Positions 1 through 12,360 are shown, counted from the first letter of the stretch. The stretch: 64,000 nucleotides of DNA from Eledone cirrhosa (GCA_964016885.1 OZ024740.1:247504001-247568000), one strand, 5' to 3'. Notes: generated by a model not told the origin, from the sequence alone. Numbers and translations are program-made.

Positions 1-1320
1 AGAGGGTTCCTCGGTTTTAGAAAGGTTGGCGACCACTGCCTTAGACGACTGGAAAATGGAATTACCGAGCTTAAGGAATCTACAGGAATACTCGTCCATG
101 GCGACAAAACTACCAACCTTTACAGTATGGACGTTCAACTTTACCATGAGCTAATCCTAAGGGAACTAAGAAAAAGCTACAAAAAAAAAAGCCCGAGGCT
201 ACCCTGGAGGATATCAACATCAAGGCTTATGAGATCGTATCTGGTCTTGCCATAGATGATAGGACGGCCCGATACCAACCAAGGGAGCCGAGGATTACCA
301 TTAAGGACCACAAACCAAACTTTGAGTCTAACTTGCCTGTCAGACTGTTAGAACTCTCCCGGTCAGACATGGGGGTTATTAGCAAAAGCATTTTAGATAG
401 GATCCTGCCCACACTTAAGAGTAAAATAAGGTTACAACTCTGGTTCTTCACCAGCCAGGTCCTGGACTGGTTTACATTTTTACCTGACAAACATAGGACT
501 AGCTTCATACAACTAGACATCAACAATTACTACTCCTCTATCTCGCCCATAGTCCTGAGCAATGCACTCATATTCGCGATGAATAGGAAAGACCTAACGT
601 GCGACGAGGTCCGAATCATACACGCCGCCAGAAAGACCCTGATCCGATTTGGTGGGGATATGTGGACCCGGAGTGACTGGCCTAATAATTTTGACATTAC
701 AATCGACTCCAGTGACTCGGCGCAGCTAACGGACTTGGTTGGGATATACATACTCTACGAGATCAGGAGCGAAATACCCAACCTGGGTGGCGGGCTGTAC
801 CGAGACGACGCACTCTTCACCGACGTGGACCACAGCACCACAATGGTCGAAAATATGAAGAGAAGAATTAGACACTTCTTTAGCAAGGTAGGACTTAAAG
901 TAGAGATGGAACCCAATAGAAAAGTAGTGAATTTGCTGGACACCACCCTCAACCTCAAGACCAAACGACACCACCCATATCATAAACCCAATGAGAAGCT
1001 GGTGTATATCAACGCTGTGTGCAATCACCCTAGATCTATAGTTAAGGCCGTAGTTAAGAGTGTCTCTGACAGGATCTCTAACTTGTCTGCCAATAAAGAG
1101 ATCTTCAATAGTAACGCTGATTACTATAACTCAGCGCCAGCTAAGGCGTCCCACAGCCATAGGATCAGCTATAACCCTAAGGGTATACCTTAGATGACCC
1201 AAGGGTACTCCGGACCAATACTCTTAGGGGCATGAGTCGCCCACCTAATACATCGATGACCAGTAGTAATACTCCCCCGTCACCACCCCCGGTAGAAGGT
1301 CCCGCATACCCCACCAGCGT
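1..1320 (+). mobile_element. Penelope-like retroelement, RT region (decayed; begins before the window)
   Basis: ORF 333..1193 and upstream frames carry PLE RT motifs: DKTTNLY, ITIKDHKPNF, QLDINNYYSSI, DSSDSAQLTDLVG, GLYRDD, YHKPNE, CNHP. A homopolymer frameshift lies near 180. Confidence 0.9.
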
Positions 1321-2314
1321 CATTAAATGTTTTTTCATACATAAAACAGAAATAAAGTTATATTTAATTGAATAATAGTGAATTAAGACCACTCGGGTGT
1401 TTTGAAACAAAACAGTGTTAATGAACCTCTAATTTAATTAGTCAAACAATCTACTAATGTTAGAAAGAACCACAGGTGAGAATGGAAATCATGACATTCA
1501 AATTATCAAGGATGACCAAGTCCTTGTTTTTCTGCAAATGTAAAATAATCCACTCGGGAAAAATGAAGAAGATGTGTAAAGAATTAACATGGAAAACGGT
1601 TTGGTAAAAACTAAGACATGTATCACTCATAAGGCGAGTATATTATTGTCCAGCCACACTAGGACACGCATGCATGTTCCAGAACATTCTAAGGTCTTAA
1701 CTGTATATAAATATAGAGGACATTTTGTAATTGTTGGTCGTTTGTATAGCTTCAAAAGGTCGGTGTTTCAATAATATAATCACTTGCTCATCTTTTTTGT
1801 GTTCTCATTTCAATTGTTGGGAAAAACATAACTAAGAATACGTTCAATATGTAAATCTCTATATCCGATTTACTTGAGTATTAATTGGTTTATAAGCAGT
1901 TCCTCTGTAGACAAATACAGAAGGAACCCAGTCGCTAAGGGAATCCCGATACTTGTTTAAAACTAGTCCATGAAGATATTATATACAATGGTGTTTACAT
2001 ATAACTTTACTCACAGATATTGTCTTGTAGCAAAGTACAACGCAAACATACACATACATCTAAGAGATTTGTTTATTTATCACTAAATTAGAAATTACCT
2101 GCCCTTGAAGAACTTTCGTAAATTTGTAAAATCTTCATATCAACGTGTAGAGGTAGCCATTTTTATTTTATATAACAGGCAGAATGAGTTAGGCTGTATA
2201 ACCCAACGAATCTTAAGTACCTGTATATGTGACTGTTAAAACAAATTATACTTTACTCATCCTATGCACTGAGTTTTCTAACCCATGGACATTTCTACTA
2301 AACTTATACTACTG

Positions 2315-2426
<112 letters not shown>

Positions 2427-2461
2427 CGTGTGTGTGCGTGCGTGTGTGTGTGTATGTGTGT

Positions 2462-2498
<37 letters not shown>

Positions 2499-2529
2499 CG
2501 TGTGTGTGTGTGTACGTGTGTGTGTACAA

Positions 2530-4330
2530 TTCAAAATTAAATAAGACCAAGGGTAAGTATTAATATTATTTATTTACTATTTATTAATACATCGCTACGG
2601 GCTTTTCAATGCAGCCGGAGTATCCCATCCATTTGTGGAGACAAAACCTCCAAATATTATTAGTAAATTTACTCCATTAACTCTGACACGATATGTAATA
2701 TAAAGGATGTACATAAATAAAGAATATATTTATAAACATCCAAGAGAATATAAACATATTTATATAACTGGTCATACACCTATCTTCACTTATATATTAT
2801 TGAAATAAGAATATATATCTATATACATATACAAAAAATATATGTGTATACATACATAGATGCACATATACAGATATATCTATGAAGATGTAAATAAGAG
2901 AAGTATAAACTAATTCATCTAAACCCATATACACATACATACAAGTGCAAAAAACCCTAGCTATGCACATATACGCAGATTTACACATATGTACAAATGC
3001 GCATACTCATACGCATATCTACACTTATATTTCCCTAAAGTATTAATAGAAGAGTGTAAGAATTTCTCTTGTTTATATTAATTGGTAAAATTCTTATGGG
3101 TATTACTTGCTTTTTTATTCTTAGTTTTTTGTGTGTTATCATTTGAAGACTAATATATGTTTAGATAGTTACGTTTTTTTAAATTTATTATAATAGGAAG
3201 ATTGGAAACATTTATGTGGGCATGTAGAAAGAACTTTCATTTTCTGTTGAGAATGATCAGTTTAGATTTTAAGATATATAAACATTCAGCGAAATACAAA
3301 CAACATTTTTTCTTCCTTGTTTGTAGGAATAGGTTATATTTAATTTCTTCCATTTCATTGAGTATTCTATATTGGTCTCCCTGAGGTTGCATATATGTCC
3401 CGCTAATGATGTTGAGTTTTTAAATTCTTTTTTCGGAAAGAATGGCAGTGGACATAGTGTCATTACTTGAAGCTATTACAAGCAGCCCCTACAAGAGTGC
3501 ATGCATCAGAGTTTCTACTGTTACATTTTTTCCTATTGTTAAATATTATGTCACTATTTGGGTTATAATTGTGTACATTGATTTGAGTTAGATGGTTTTG
3601 AAAGTTACTACGTTATCTTCTATTTCTATACTACTTTCAGTATTGGATGGGCGATAATTATATTTTTGTCCCTAAGATATTAAAAAATACTCCAGGTAAA
3701 TTGGTGGCTAAGTTCTTGTTAAAGGTGGGGTTGAAGCATGGAGTGGGTTTTCTGTGATTTGATTTACGTGTCCTTATTTGTGAATAGTTTGACGTAAGTG
3801 TATTATGGTTATCATGAATATCATTAAGATTTTTATTCGTGCCACATTTATATTTAAGGTTGCAAGTATGTCTATTTTGGATGTCAGTGTTTATTATATT
3901 GTTGTTGATGCGGGAATTTTTCTATTTTCGATTATTCTTATGTTTGTGGTTATAAGATATTCTATGTGTTTATTTTGTGCTATTTTGCTATTAAATTCTG
4001 TACGTGGGTGTTTGTTCACCTATTTATATTCCCCATAACTATTCCCTCGCGGTTTAGACTGATTTTTAGGTTTATTAATTTTATTATTTCTATGTATTGT
4101 CATCTTATGTGAGATTATATCACGTGTGTTAATCAATTTATTGTTATTTTAATTATATTTCCTGAAGAGATACAGTTTTTGGTAGAGCATATGTAATGGA
4201 GTAAATTTACTGATAATATCTAGTTATTTCTACGCAAATGGATGGGTTACTCCAGCTGCATTGAAACGCCCGTAGCGATGTATAAATAGATATTAATAAT
4301 ACTAATCCTTGGTCTTATTGAATTTTGAAT
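2530..4330 (-). mobile_element. Degenerate PLE: GIY-YIG remnant between inverted pLTR-like repeats
   Basis: The minus strand near 3330-3470 reads NSTSLAGHICNLRETNIEYSMKWKK, typical of a PLE endonuclease C-terminus. 2530-2680 and 4194-4330 are diverged inverted copies. Confidence 0.6.
4154..4282 (+). ncRNA. Type I hammerhead ribozyme candidate with long stem II
   Basis: CTGAAGA (4162) ... GAAA (4263); stem III ACG-cc-CGT; GUA site; stem II base gatacag/ctgcatt; stem I imperfect. Confidence 0.55.
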
Positions 4331-4470
4331 TATAAATGATCTGCTACAGTAACTGCCCCTTATTCATCCAGTTTATGCTCGCTCCTGAAGAACGAAGGGT
4401 AAAATAAGTGCATCGAGCTAAAACGCATCTTACAAATGAAAATAGTGAACTATTACACTATAACGTTTTA

Positions 4471-4894
4471 TATGATTGTGTATAGAAGATTATATTAATA
4501 AAAGGAATTCCAACTTTGTCTGATTTACTCGTTTTATTTACAATCCTTTAAAATGTATAATGGTATTATAATGAAATAGTATAGTTAAATGTTAAGTGTT
4601 AATTGAACAAGTACTTTCATGCTTTCGCAATCCTCGGATTCATAATGTGTGGTAACAGTCAACTTTGCAATTTTCAACTGTTGAAAATTGCAAACTTGAC
4701 TGACACCACACATTATGAACCTGAAGATTGCGAAAGCATGAAAGTACTTGTTCAATTAACACTTAACATTTAATATTCTACTATACTATTTCATTATAAT
4801 ACCATTATACATTTTAAAGGATTGTAAATAAAACGAGTAAATCAGACAAAGTTGGAATTCCTTTTATTAATATAATCTTCTATACACAATCATA
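4471..4894. repeat. Fold-back palindrome (about 210-bp arms) of a hammerhead-bearing repeat
   Basis: Near-perfect inverted arms centred on gcaattttcaactgttgaaaattgc (~4678). A single-arm copy of the same family lies at ~47680-47895. Confidence 0.9.
4716..4754 (+). ncRNA. Minimal type I hammerhead ribozyme
   Basis: tgaac-CTGAAGA-t-tgc-gaaa-gca-t-GAA-AGTACT-T-gttca: 5-bp stem I, GAAA-capped stem II, palindromic stem III. The mirror copy at 4604-4642 has a mutated core (CCGAGGA). Confidence 0.8.
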
Positions 4895-4909
4895 CACACC
4901 CGTGTATAT

Positions 4910-4999
<90 letters not shown>

Positions 5000-5179
5000 A
5001 TATATATGCGTCCCCTTTATTTACGTGTCCCAACGACTTTTTTTAGCCGTTGCTCGCACCAACCGGAGGTATATGGTCTTTAAAGCCATGAAATGCCTAT
5101 GATGGTTGGAAGATCACTGATGAAGGACAAATTTTTTTCATATGTAACCCATTTGCGACTCCGCAGCGCCCTTATTACC

Positions 5180-5267
<88 letters not shown>

Positions 5268-5676
5268 GAGGATCGGAATTAAGAGTATTCCGCAGTTTAC
5301 AGTAATAATAATAATATTAGCTCAAAGAAGAATAGACAATTTTCTTCTGAGCTCAAATACAAGTATATTACACAAAGAGAAGCGTGTTACACAGTGAGAT
5401 GTGTGTAAAGAATTATTACAAGTGAGTTTAACCGTTACTGTATGGAGAACAATATCTACAGGTTAGCAATTAAATAGAAAAAAACTAAGTCCTCAGTCAG
5501 CAAATGTGGATTCTGTTCACGACACATCTAACCTCATGGTAAGAGAGAAAGCTAATATACACGCTGCCCAGTAATAATTCTTTACACACTGTGTAACACA
5601 CTTCTCTTTGTGTAATATATCTGTGTGTGTGTGTGTGTGTGTCTGTCTGTGTGTGTGTGTGTGTGTGTGCGTGCGT

Positions 5677-5735
<59 letters not shown>

Positions 5736-5799
5736 CGTGTGTGTGCGCGCGTGTGTGTGTGTGTGTGTGTAATTTTCAGGATATGTGACACAATAATAC

Positions 5800-5985
5800 C
5801 TCTTCATAAGTAAATAGTCCTTTTATTCGTAGAATTGGTCCAGGCTCTCCCACTTCTTCACTTCGTGCTTTGACCCCATGGTGGGTGACAGTATCCAAAC
5901 GGTAACTGCGTCCATATGTAGGTAGACCCCACAACAGCTTTGATGGTGGCAGTCCAAGTTCAATGAAAAAGTCAATAAGTCCTGC
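5800..5985 (-). CDS. Internal exon of a GH18 chitinase or chitinase-like gene
   Basis: ttttccag acceptor and GAG|gtatta donor; 186 nt, phase 0-0. Encodes AGLIDFFIELGLPPSKLLWGLPTYGRSYRL...GEPGPILRIKGLFTYEE, matching the GH18 pattern G.P..KL..G.P.YGR....G.PG......G...YYE. Confidence 0.88.
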
Positions 5986-6052
5986 CTGGAAAACAATATA
6001 ATATTGTATATACATATATAGATCCCATGATCCCCCATCTCTCTCACTCTCT

Positions 6053-6137
<85 letters not shown>

Positions 6138-6169
6138 TAAATTAATGGTAGAGTCCATACCGTATGAAG

Positions 6170-6450
6170 TGTGGTTAGAAAAAGCTATCTCACTTACCGC
6201 TTTTCACAGGCGCCGCTAAATTCCACTGCAGGTACTCCTCTTCCACGTGCGTCCGACTGCTTAACACTGGGAGCTGCCCAAAACTCGCGTCCACACCGTG
6301 TGCTGGTCACCACTAGAGAGAGGCCCTCTGCTGGCTCTTCCGGTCGGGCATCCTTCCGGCCAAAAACCCCTTCCGGTCGAACACTCAAAAACCCCTTCCG
6401 GTCGAGCACTCCCCCCGCCTCCGGCCACCGCACGCCACACCATACCCACA
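6170..6450 (-). repeat. 3' LTR
   Basis: Direct repeat of 10118-10398 with about 7 substitutions counted by eye. Confidence 0.97.
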
Positions 6451-6463
6451 CGCCCCCCTGATC

Positions 6464-9340
6464 TCAAGGATCAATTTCCCTCTCGTCCCTCTGCATATGA
6501 AAGTCTGCTGTCCAGGTCGGTGGTCTACGACTTCGTTGCGATCTTCGTAGTATTGGGGCAGAGCTCTGGGTTTCCACCTCATCTTGGGTTTCCTCTTCCT
6601 CGGAGTCCGTCGACACAGTGATTCTTCTTACATCCAGGACATGACGTAGTACCCCGTCCACGGACACATTGTTCTTTGAATTTACGGCCGTCACCGTTCC
6701 CCTTCCCCATTGAGATGTGCAACGTGCATCTGGGGGCTTAACCCAGACTTCTTCGCCCACCTGCACGAATGCACTCTCTCTCCCTACTGGCCGTTGTGGT
6801 GGCGTGCACGGGTGCCGCCACTCGTATTTGAATACTGCTCTATGTGGCACCTATTCCTCGACCTGTCCAACCCGAGGGGACATATTGTACCAGAACACTG
6901 CCTCCATTGGTGAGATATGGCCCCGCTCCGCCATTGCCTTGATCGTCCGGTGGTGTCGCTCCACGATTCCATTCCCGCTCGGCCTGTGCACCGCTCTGAA
7001 GAAACGGTCCACCTTCCATCCATCGAGCATCTCCCTCAGTGCCTCCGAGCGGAACGCTGCGCTGTTGTCCATCAGCAGTTCATCCACAGGGCCCCGCTCC
7101 AAGAACACCTCTCTCAACGTCCGCACGATTTCCTCGGCCGTTCCAGTCTTCATCTCCCTCCATATCGCCATTCGACGTGGTGCACATTTGACCATCGAGA
7201 GGTACGTTCCCTGCCAGTAGTGCGTCACATCCACCGCTAATCGCTTCCAGTCGCGATTCACCGGGAGGCTTCCCGTTTCGTGTACACCCGGGGTGGGATC
7301 AATGGACTGACATCGGACGCAGCCTCTAACCACCCCCCGAACACTGTGTCTGCTAACGTCCGAGTCGATTCTCCTGGCTAGGAACAGGCTCCTATCCACC
7401 CCCATGTGGTGCATGTCATGCAACCCCTTCAGGTCTAACTCGGTCAGCCGACACACGGCAGCTATCTCATCCTCTACCTCCTCCGGCGCTTCCATCCAGG
7501 CTTTCTTCACTCTAGTTAAGATGTCCGCCCTATTTTTCTCTGAGGGCACGAACACTACGCTCAGCTTCAGGTCGAACTCGGTGGCCAGCTCTCCTAATGT
7601 TCCCAGGCGGCGCTTTATCAGCATCTCCGCCGCGCCTCTCGTTCGCACTCTCTTCTCACTGGTGAGCACTGATCTTACCCATCCGAGTACAGTAGCCGAG
7701 TCGGTGCGTATCTCGATGGTGCGCAGCCCCCACCGCAGGGCGAGGTTCACCCCTCTCGACACCGCGTCCAGCTCGGCCACATTGATGTGGCTGCAGTCGT
7801 CCTTCTTTCTAAGCCAGGCTGCATCCTCGACCTCAACACCTCCTATCTCCAACGTGACACCCAGAGCTATGCTGCTGGCATCGCACCATACGGTCCCGCT
7901 CTGCGATTTGGGAACGTACCAGCGTCCCCGCACTGGGTCGTCGGCCTTCACCCTCCCCACGATCTCCTGCATCATGGCCACCGTTCTCTCTCCCACTCTG
8001 TCACTCCAAGTCACCTCTCTCGCTCGTCTCTTGACATAGCTGCATGCCGTCCGGAGCCACCCAGCGATCGGGTAGTGACCCACCAGCTTTCCACACACCG
8101 AGAAAAGCTCCCGCCTATTCATACTTGGGCCCAGTTCCGGAACTTCGTTTCCCCTCTGGAACACCAAAACGCCCGTCTTATCTCGCCGTAGCCTAAGTCC
8201 CAGCGCGGCTCCTCCCTCCAATGCTTCTGATGGCTTCGCAGTCAGTCCATACCTCCGCAAATGGCTCGTGACCTCCGCCGTCGACACCACCGACTCGTCC
8301 ACTAGGATGTCGTCAATATAGGAGTTAGTAGCCCTCTTTATCTTGTCGGCCCTCCTCAGAGCGGTCTTGAGGACCGTCGCCATGATCTTCGGTGCGGAGT
8401 TCAGCCCGAAACCGAGCCTGGTCAGGCAATATGTCCGGCCCTTATACCTGACCAGCTGATACCGCCAGAGCTTCTCATCTATATGCAACTGCAAGTAAGC
8501 CGACTTTAGATCCACGATCGCTGAACCCCCCGTCATGCGTCTCCACTCACGCAGGGTTTCCCCACAGACATCTGTGACCTCGCAACCCGTGTGGCATGAC
8601 ACGTGCTCGTTCAGCTCCCGATAGTCCAGCACCGGCCTCACCTTGCTCTTCGTGGGTTGCACCACCGCCATCAACGGCAATACTCCGCACTTCACCTCCT
8701 CCTTCCAGGGAAGCAGTATGCCCTCTTCGATCCATCTCTCTACTTCTCGCTCGAACTCGCTCCTAGCGTTTCCATTCAATGTGTGTTGATAGCAGCCCAC
8801 TTTGGTCTTCAGTGTTGGTGGTTCTCCCTTCTAGTACCACTCATCAACCCATCGCTGCCCATCAAACACGGCCTTGAAGTCTTTGTCCAGTACAGTGTAA
8901 GCGGGGTATTCCTCCTCGTGGGCCTTCTGGTTCTCATGACGTGCACTCACAGCGCATACCGATGCAGCGGCGCCAAACGACACACCGACATTGTTCACCG
9001 TGACGCCCCATAGACAGCCAATCGCGTCCATGCCCATAACCACGCCGATCCCATCCACCACACTGTCTACCACGATGGCGGAAAGCCTTATCGTCCTTCC
9101 CCGTACCGCTATTTCCATCTCGCTGCGACCTCGGCATTCAATTTTCCTGCCGTCGACTGCCCTTACGCTGCTCTTCCCTCCCCACCTTTGCGCCACCCCC
9201 GCGGTCACCAGTGTCGTCGTACAGCCCGTATCCACGAGGGCTCGCTGTGGCTTCCCCCTCACGAAGACTTCCACCACGGGCAGCGCCGCTACTCGTAAGG
9301 GGCAACTACCGGCGCAGTAGTTCCCCTTGGATCGTTTCCC
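6464..9340 (-). pseudogene. pol (protease, RT, RNase H, integrase) with two in-frame TAG stops
   Basis: Protease ALVDTGC; RT RPVLDYRELN, DLKSAY, YIDDI; RNase H WCDAS; integrase HHCC, DVTH, MDN, ERHHRTIK. ORFs 8831-9277, 6851-8800 and 6464-6850 share one frame, separated by single TAG codons. Confidence 0.93.
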
Positions 9341-10050
9341 TGGTCGCAGTTAGTAGCGATGTGGCCTGGTCGCTTACACCGGTAGCAAATTATCTCTGGC
9401 TTCGACTCTCTACAGTCTCTAGCCATATGCGGGCCCTGGCACCTAAAACAGCGCCCGCTAAACTCACGCGGACGGCCGCGTGCCGAGGTTGCCTCCCTTT
9501 CAGCATTTCGCTGCCAGGTGTCCTGAGCCTCCGTAGTCGCTATCGCCGCAACACTCTTTTTGGCATCTTCCGCTATGATCCGGGCTTGTTCCACCAGTGA
9601 ACGCATTTCCATCTCTTTATACCCCGGGACTTGCTGCAGTTTCACCGCTATGTCGTCCGGAAATCCATTGATGAACGCCAACCGCACCGTGCGTTCGCAT
9701 TCCGCCTGGTAACCGGCCAACATAGCCAACCGCCTTATTTCCGCTGCGAAAATGTCGATGCGCTCACCATTCCACCTGATTCTCGCCAACTTAGCAAAAG
9801 CCACCAACGGTCCCTCGGCGAATGCATCCATCAGACGCCTCTCAATCTTCTGCACATCTCTTTGGCTGTGCTCGTCCAACTCAAGGAAGAGTACCAGCGC
9901 GTCGCCCTCGAGGTACAATGCCATGAGGCCGGCCACGTCTTCTATCTTCTGCAAGCTTGCGACCAGCCGAACCTTCCGCAGCCAAGCGACAACATCAACT
10001 TCCCCGGTGAATGCCCTGATAGCTTCGTTCGTCCGTAGTCTTGTCGCCAT
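9289..10050 (-). CDS. gag with two CCHC zinc knuckles
   Basis: 253-aa ORF containing CFRCQGPHMARDC and CYRCKRPGHIATNC. Confidence 0.93.
   Translation of the reverse strand: MATRLRTNEAIRAFTGEVDVVAWLRKVRLVASLQKIEDVAGLMALYLEGDALVLFLELDEHSQRDVQKIERRLMDAFAEGPLVAFAKLARIRWNGERIDIFAAEIRRLAMLAGYQAECERTVRLAFINGFPDDIAVKLQQVPGYKEMEMRSLVEQARIIAEDAKKSVAAIATTEAQDTWQRNAEREATSARGRPREFSGRCFRCQGPHMARDCRESKPEIICYRCKRPGHIATNCDQGNDPRGTTAPVVAPYE
9334..9340 (-). promoter_or_regulatory. -1 ribosomal frameshift slippery site G GGA AAC at the gag-pol junction
   Basis: XXXYYYZ heptamer in the correct gag phase (CAG GGA AAC), just before the out-of-frame protease region. Confidence 0.8.
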
Positions 10051-10105
10051 CTTCTGATTTGTTTTGCGGCAAGTGTTTTCTTTTTTTTTTTTTTTTTTTT
10101 TAGTC

Positions 10106-10117
10106 GCCGAAATAGCT
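10106..10117 (-). promoter_or_regulatory. Atypical primer-binding site complementary to nt 1-12 of tRNA-Phe
   Basis: The + strand GCCGAAATAGCT abuts the LTR and equals the 5' end of metazoan tRNA-Phe(GAA) as recalled (GCCGAAAUAGCUCAG). No TGG-type PBS is present. Confidence 0.75.
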
Positions 10118-10398
10118 TGTGGTTAGAAAAAGCTATCTCACTTACCGCTTTTCACAGGCACCGTTAAATTCCACTGCAGGTACTCCTCTTCCACGTGCGT
10201 CCGACTGTTTAATACCGGGAGCTGCCCAAAACTCGCGTCCACACCGTGTGCTGGTCACCACTAGAGAGAGGCCCTCTGCTGGCCCTTCCGGTCGAGCATC
10301 CTTCCGGCCAAAAACCCCTTCCGGTCGAACACTCAAAAACCCCTTCCGGTCGAGCACTCCCCCCGCCTCCGGCCACCGCACGCCACACCATACCCACA
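10118..10398 (-). repeat. 5' LTR
   Basis: Direct repeat of 6170-6450, upstream of gag. Confidence 0.97.
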
Positions 10399-10502
10399 TG
10401 AAGAACTCAATGTAATCCGTATGTAGAATATGTCGTGAAGCAAAGTTTAAAATACAAATAGTGAAAACAATAAAATTAAACAAAATACGGGTAATTCATA
10501 GT

Positions 10503-10643
10503 AAAACTCATTATTTTACGATCGTTTCTAGGGGGTAGTTCTCCGTATGTACATTCTATTAGTGATCTATGTAAAATATATTACAAAGTAAGAAAATATA
10601 CATACGTCTTCCCTACCCGCCGTCTTCAGAAATAATGAGTTTT
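10503..10643 (-). ncRNA. Type I hammerhead ribozyme with 14-bp stem I and long stem II
   Basis: Minus strand: aaaactcattattt-CTGAAGA-(about 95 nt)-GAA-ACGATCGT-A-aaataatgagtttt. Stem I is perfect, stem III is palindromic, and the site is GUA. A partial copy lies at ~17675-17780. Confidence 0.85.
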
Positions 10644-11344
10644 GTTTATTGAAGAATATAAAACATGTATGAATAAATAACCTTTTAAGAACAAGGTTGA
10701 GATTAACCAACAGTAAAAATAGGAAGGGGCAATATAGATCATTAAGCTGGTAGTAGTAGATGAATAAATTAGTAGTCAGGGGTATGACCTTTAAGAAAAG
10801 AAATGAAAAGAAAGTTGCGAGTTTAAAGGAATTTAGACAGATTGTATAGAAAAGTGTGGACGGTCAAGGAAGATTAAAGTTGGAGGAAAAGGGGTGCAGA
10901 TATCAGTGTGTTATATCCAGTAGAATAGTATAGAACAATCCTAAATATTTGTTATTTCTTAGTTCAAGAGGAATAATTTGTTCTAAAAATAGAACAAGTA
11001 GAGGAATATAGATGGAATTAAAGAAAAGTAAAATTTAGATAAAAAAGAAAATAATAAAAGTTGTGTAAGTATTGTATTGTATTACTGTGATCAAAATGAA
11101 GATTTACCTGTAGGGAATTTTATTTTCGAATAAGAAATCTGATTAATAATCTGGTTTTCTTAATAGGTTTAAATGCGTGTCTGTTAAAGTTTTGTTAGAG
11201 TGTTGAATATAATGTAATATATAGTGCTCATTAATAGTTAATTATTTAAAACAGTTATAGGGATGAGATATAGGATTGAGTCTATGGATTAATTCTAATA
11301 GCAAAGAAAATAAAAAATAAAAATATATATATACAGACACACAT

Positions 11345-12360
11345 ACTCATTGGGTTTATGATATGGGTGGTGTCGCTTGGTCTTGAGGTTGAGGGTGGTG
11401 TCCAGCAAATTCACTACTTTTCTATTGGGTTCCATCTCTACTTTAAGTCCTACCTTGCTAAAGAAGTGTCTAATTCTTCTCTTCATATTTTCGACCATTG
11501 TGGTGCTGTGGTCCACGTCGGTGAAGAGTGCATCGTCTCGGTACAGTCTGCCACCCCGGTTGGGTATTTCGCTCCTGATCTCGTAGAGTATGTATATCCC
11601 AACCAAGTCCGTTAGCTGCGCCGAGTCACTGGAGTCCATTGTAATGTCAAAATTATTAGGCCAGTCACTCCGGGTCCATATATCCCCACCAAATCGGATC
11701 AGGGTCTTTCTGGCGGCGTGTATGATTCGGACCTCGTCGCGCGTTAGGTCTTTCCTATTCATCGCGAATATGAGTGCATTGCTCAGGACTATGGGCGAGA
11801 TAGAGGAGTAGTAATTGTTGATGTCTAGTTGTATGAAGCTAGTCCTATGTTTGTCAGGTAAAAATGTAAACCAGTCCAGGACCTGGCTGGTGAAGAACCA
11901 GAGTTGTAACCTTATTTTACTCTTAAGTGTGGGCAGGATCCTATCTAAAATGCTTTTGCTAATAACCCCCATGTCTGACCGGGAGAGTTCTAACAGTCTG
12001 ACAGGCAAGTTAGACTCAAAGTTTGGTTTGTGGTCCTTAATGGTAATCCTCGGCTCCCTTGGTTGGTATCGGGCCGTCCTATCATCTATGGCAAGACCAG
12101 ATACGATCTCATAAGCCTTGATGTTGATATCCTCCAGGGTAGCCTCGGGCTTTTTTTTTGTAGCTTTTTCTTAGTTCCCTTAGGATTAGCTCATGGTAAA
12201 GTTGAACGTCCATGCTGTAAAGGTTGGTAGTTTTGTCGCCATGGACGAGTATTCCTGTAGATTCCTTAAGCTCGGTAATTCCATTTTCCAGTCGTCTAAG
12301 GCAGTGGTCGCCAACCTTTCTAAAACCGAGGAACCCTCTAAATATTTTTAATTCTTCACG
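11345..12360 (-). mobile_element. Penelope-like RT fragment, near-identical inverted copy of 1..993
   Basis: ORF 11295..12008 differs from ORF 333..1193 at only a few residues and is truncated after YHKPNE. Confidence 0.92.

Larger units (their letters stand above)
6170..10398 (-). mobile_element. Full-length LTR retrotransposon with Gypsy-type domain order PR-RT-RH-IN
   Basis: 281-bp LTRs with TG...CA ends at 6170-6450 and 10118-10398; 5-bp TSD TGAAG at 6165-6169 and 10399-10403; polypurine tract aggggggcg beside the 3' LTR. Confidence 0.97.

Noticed and set aside
7404-8191. Long + strand ORFs antisense to pol and gag (similar ones over the Tx1 and Helitron regions)
   Set aside because: Shadow ORFs of GC-rich coding sequence with no motifs.
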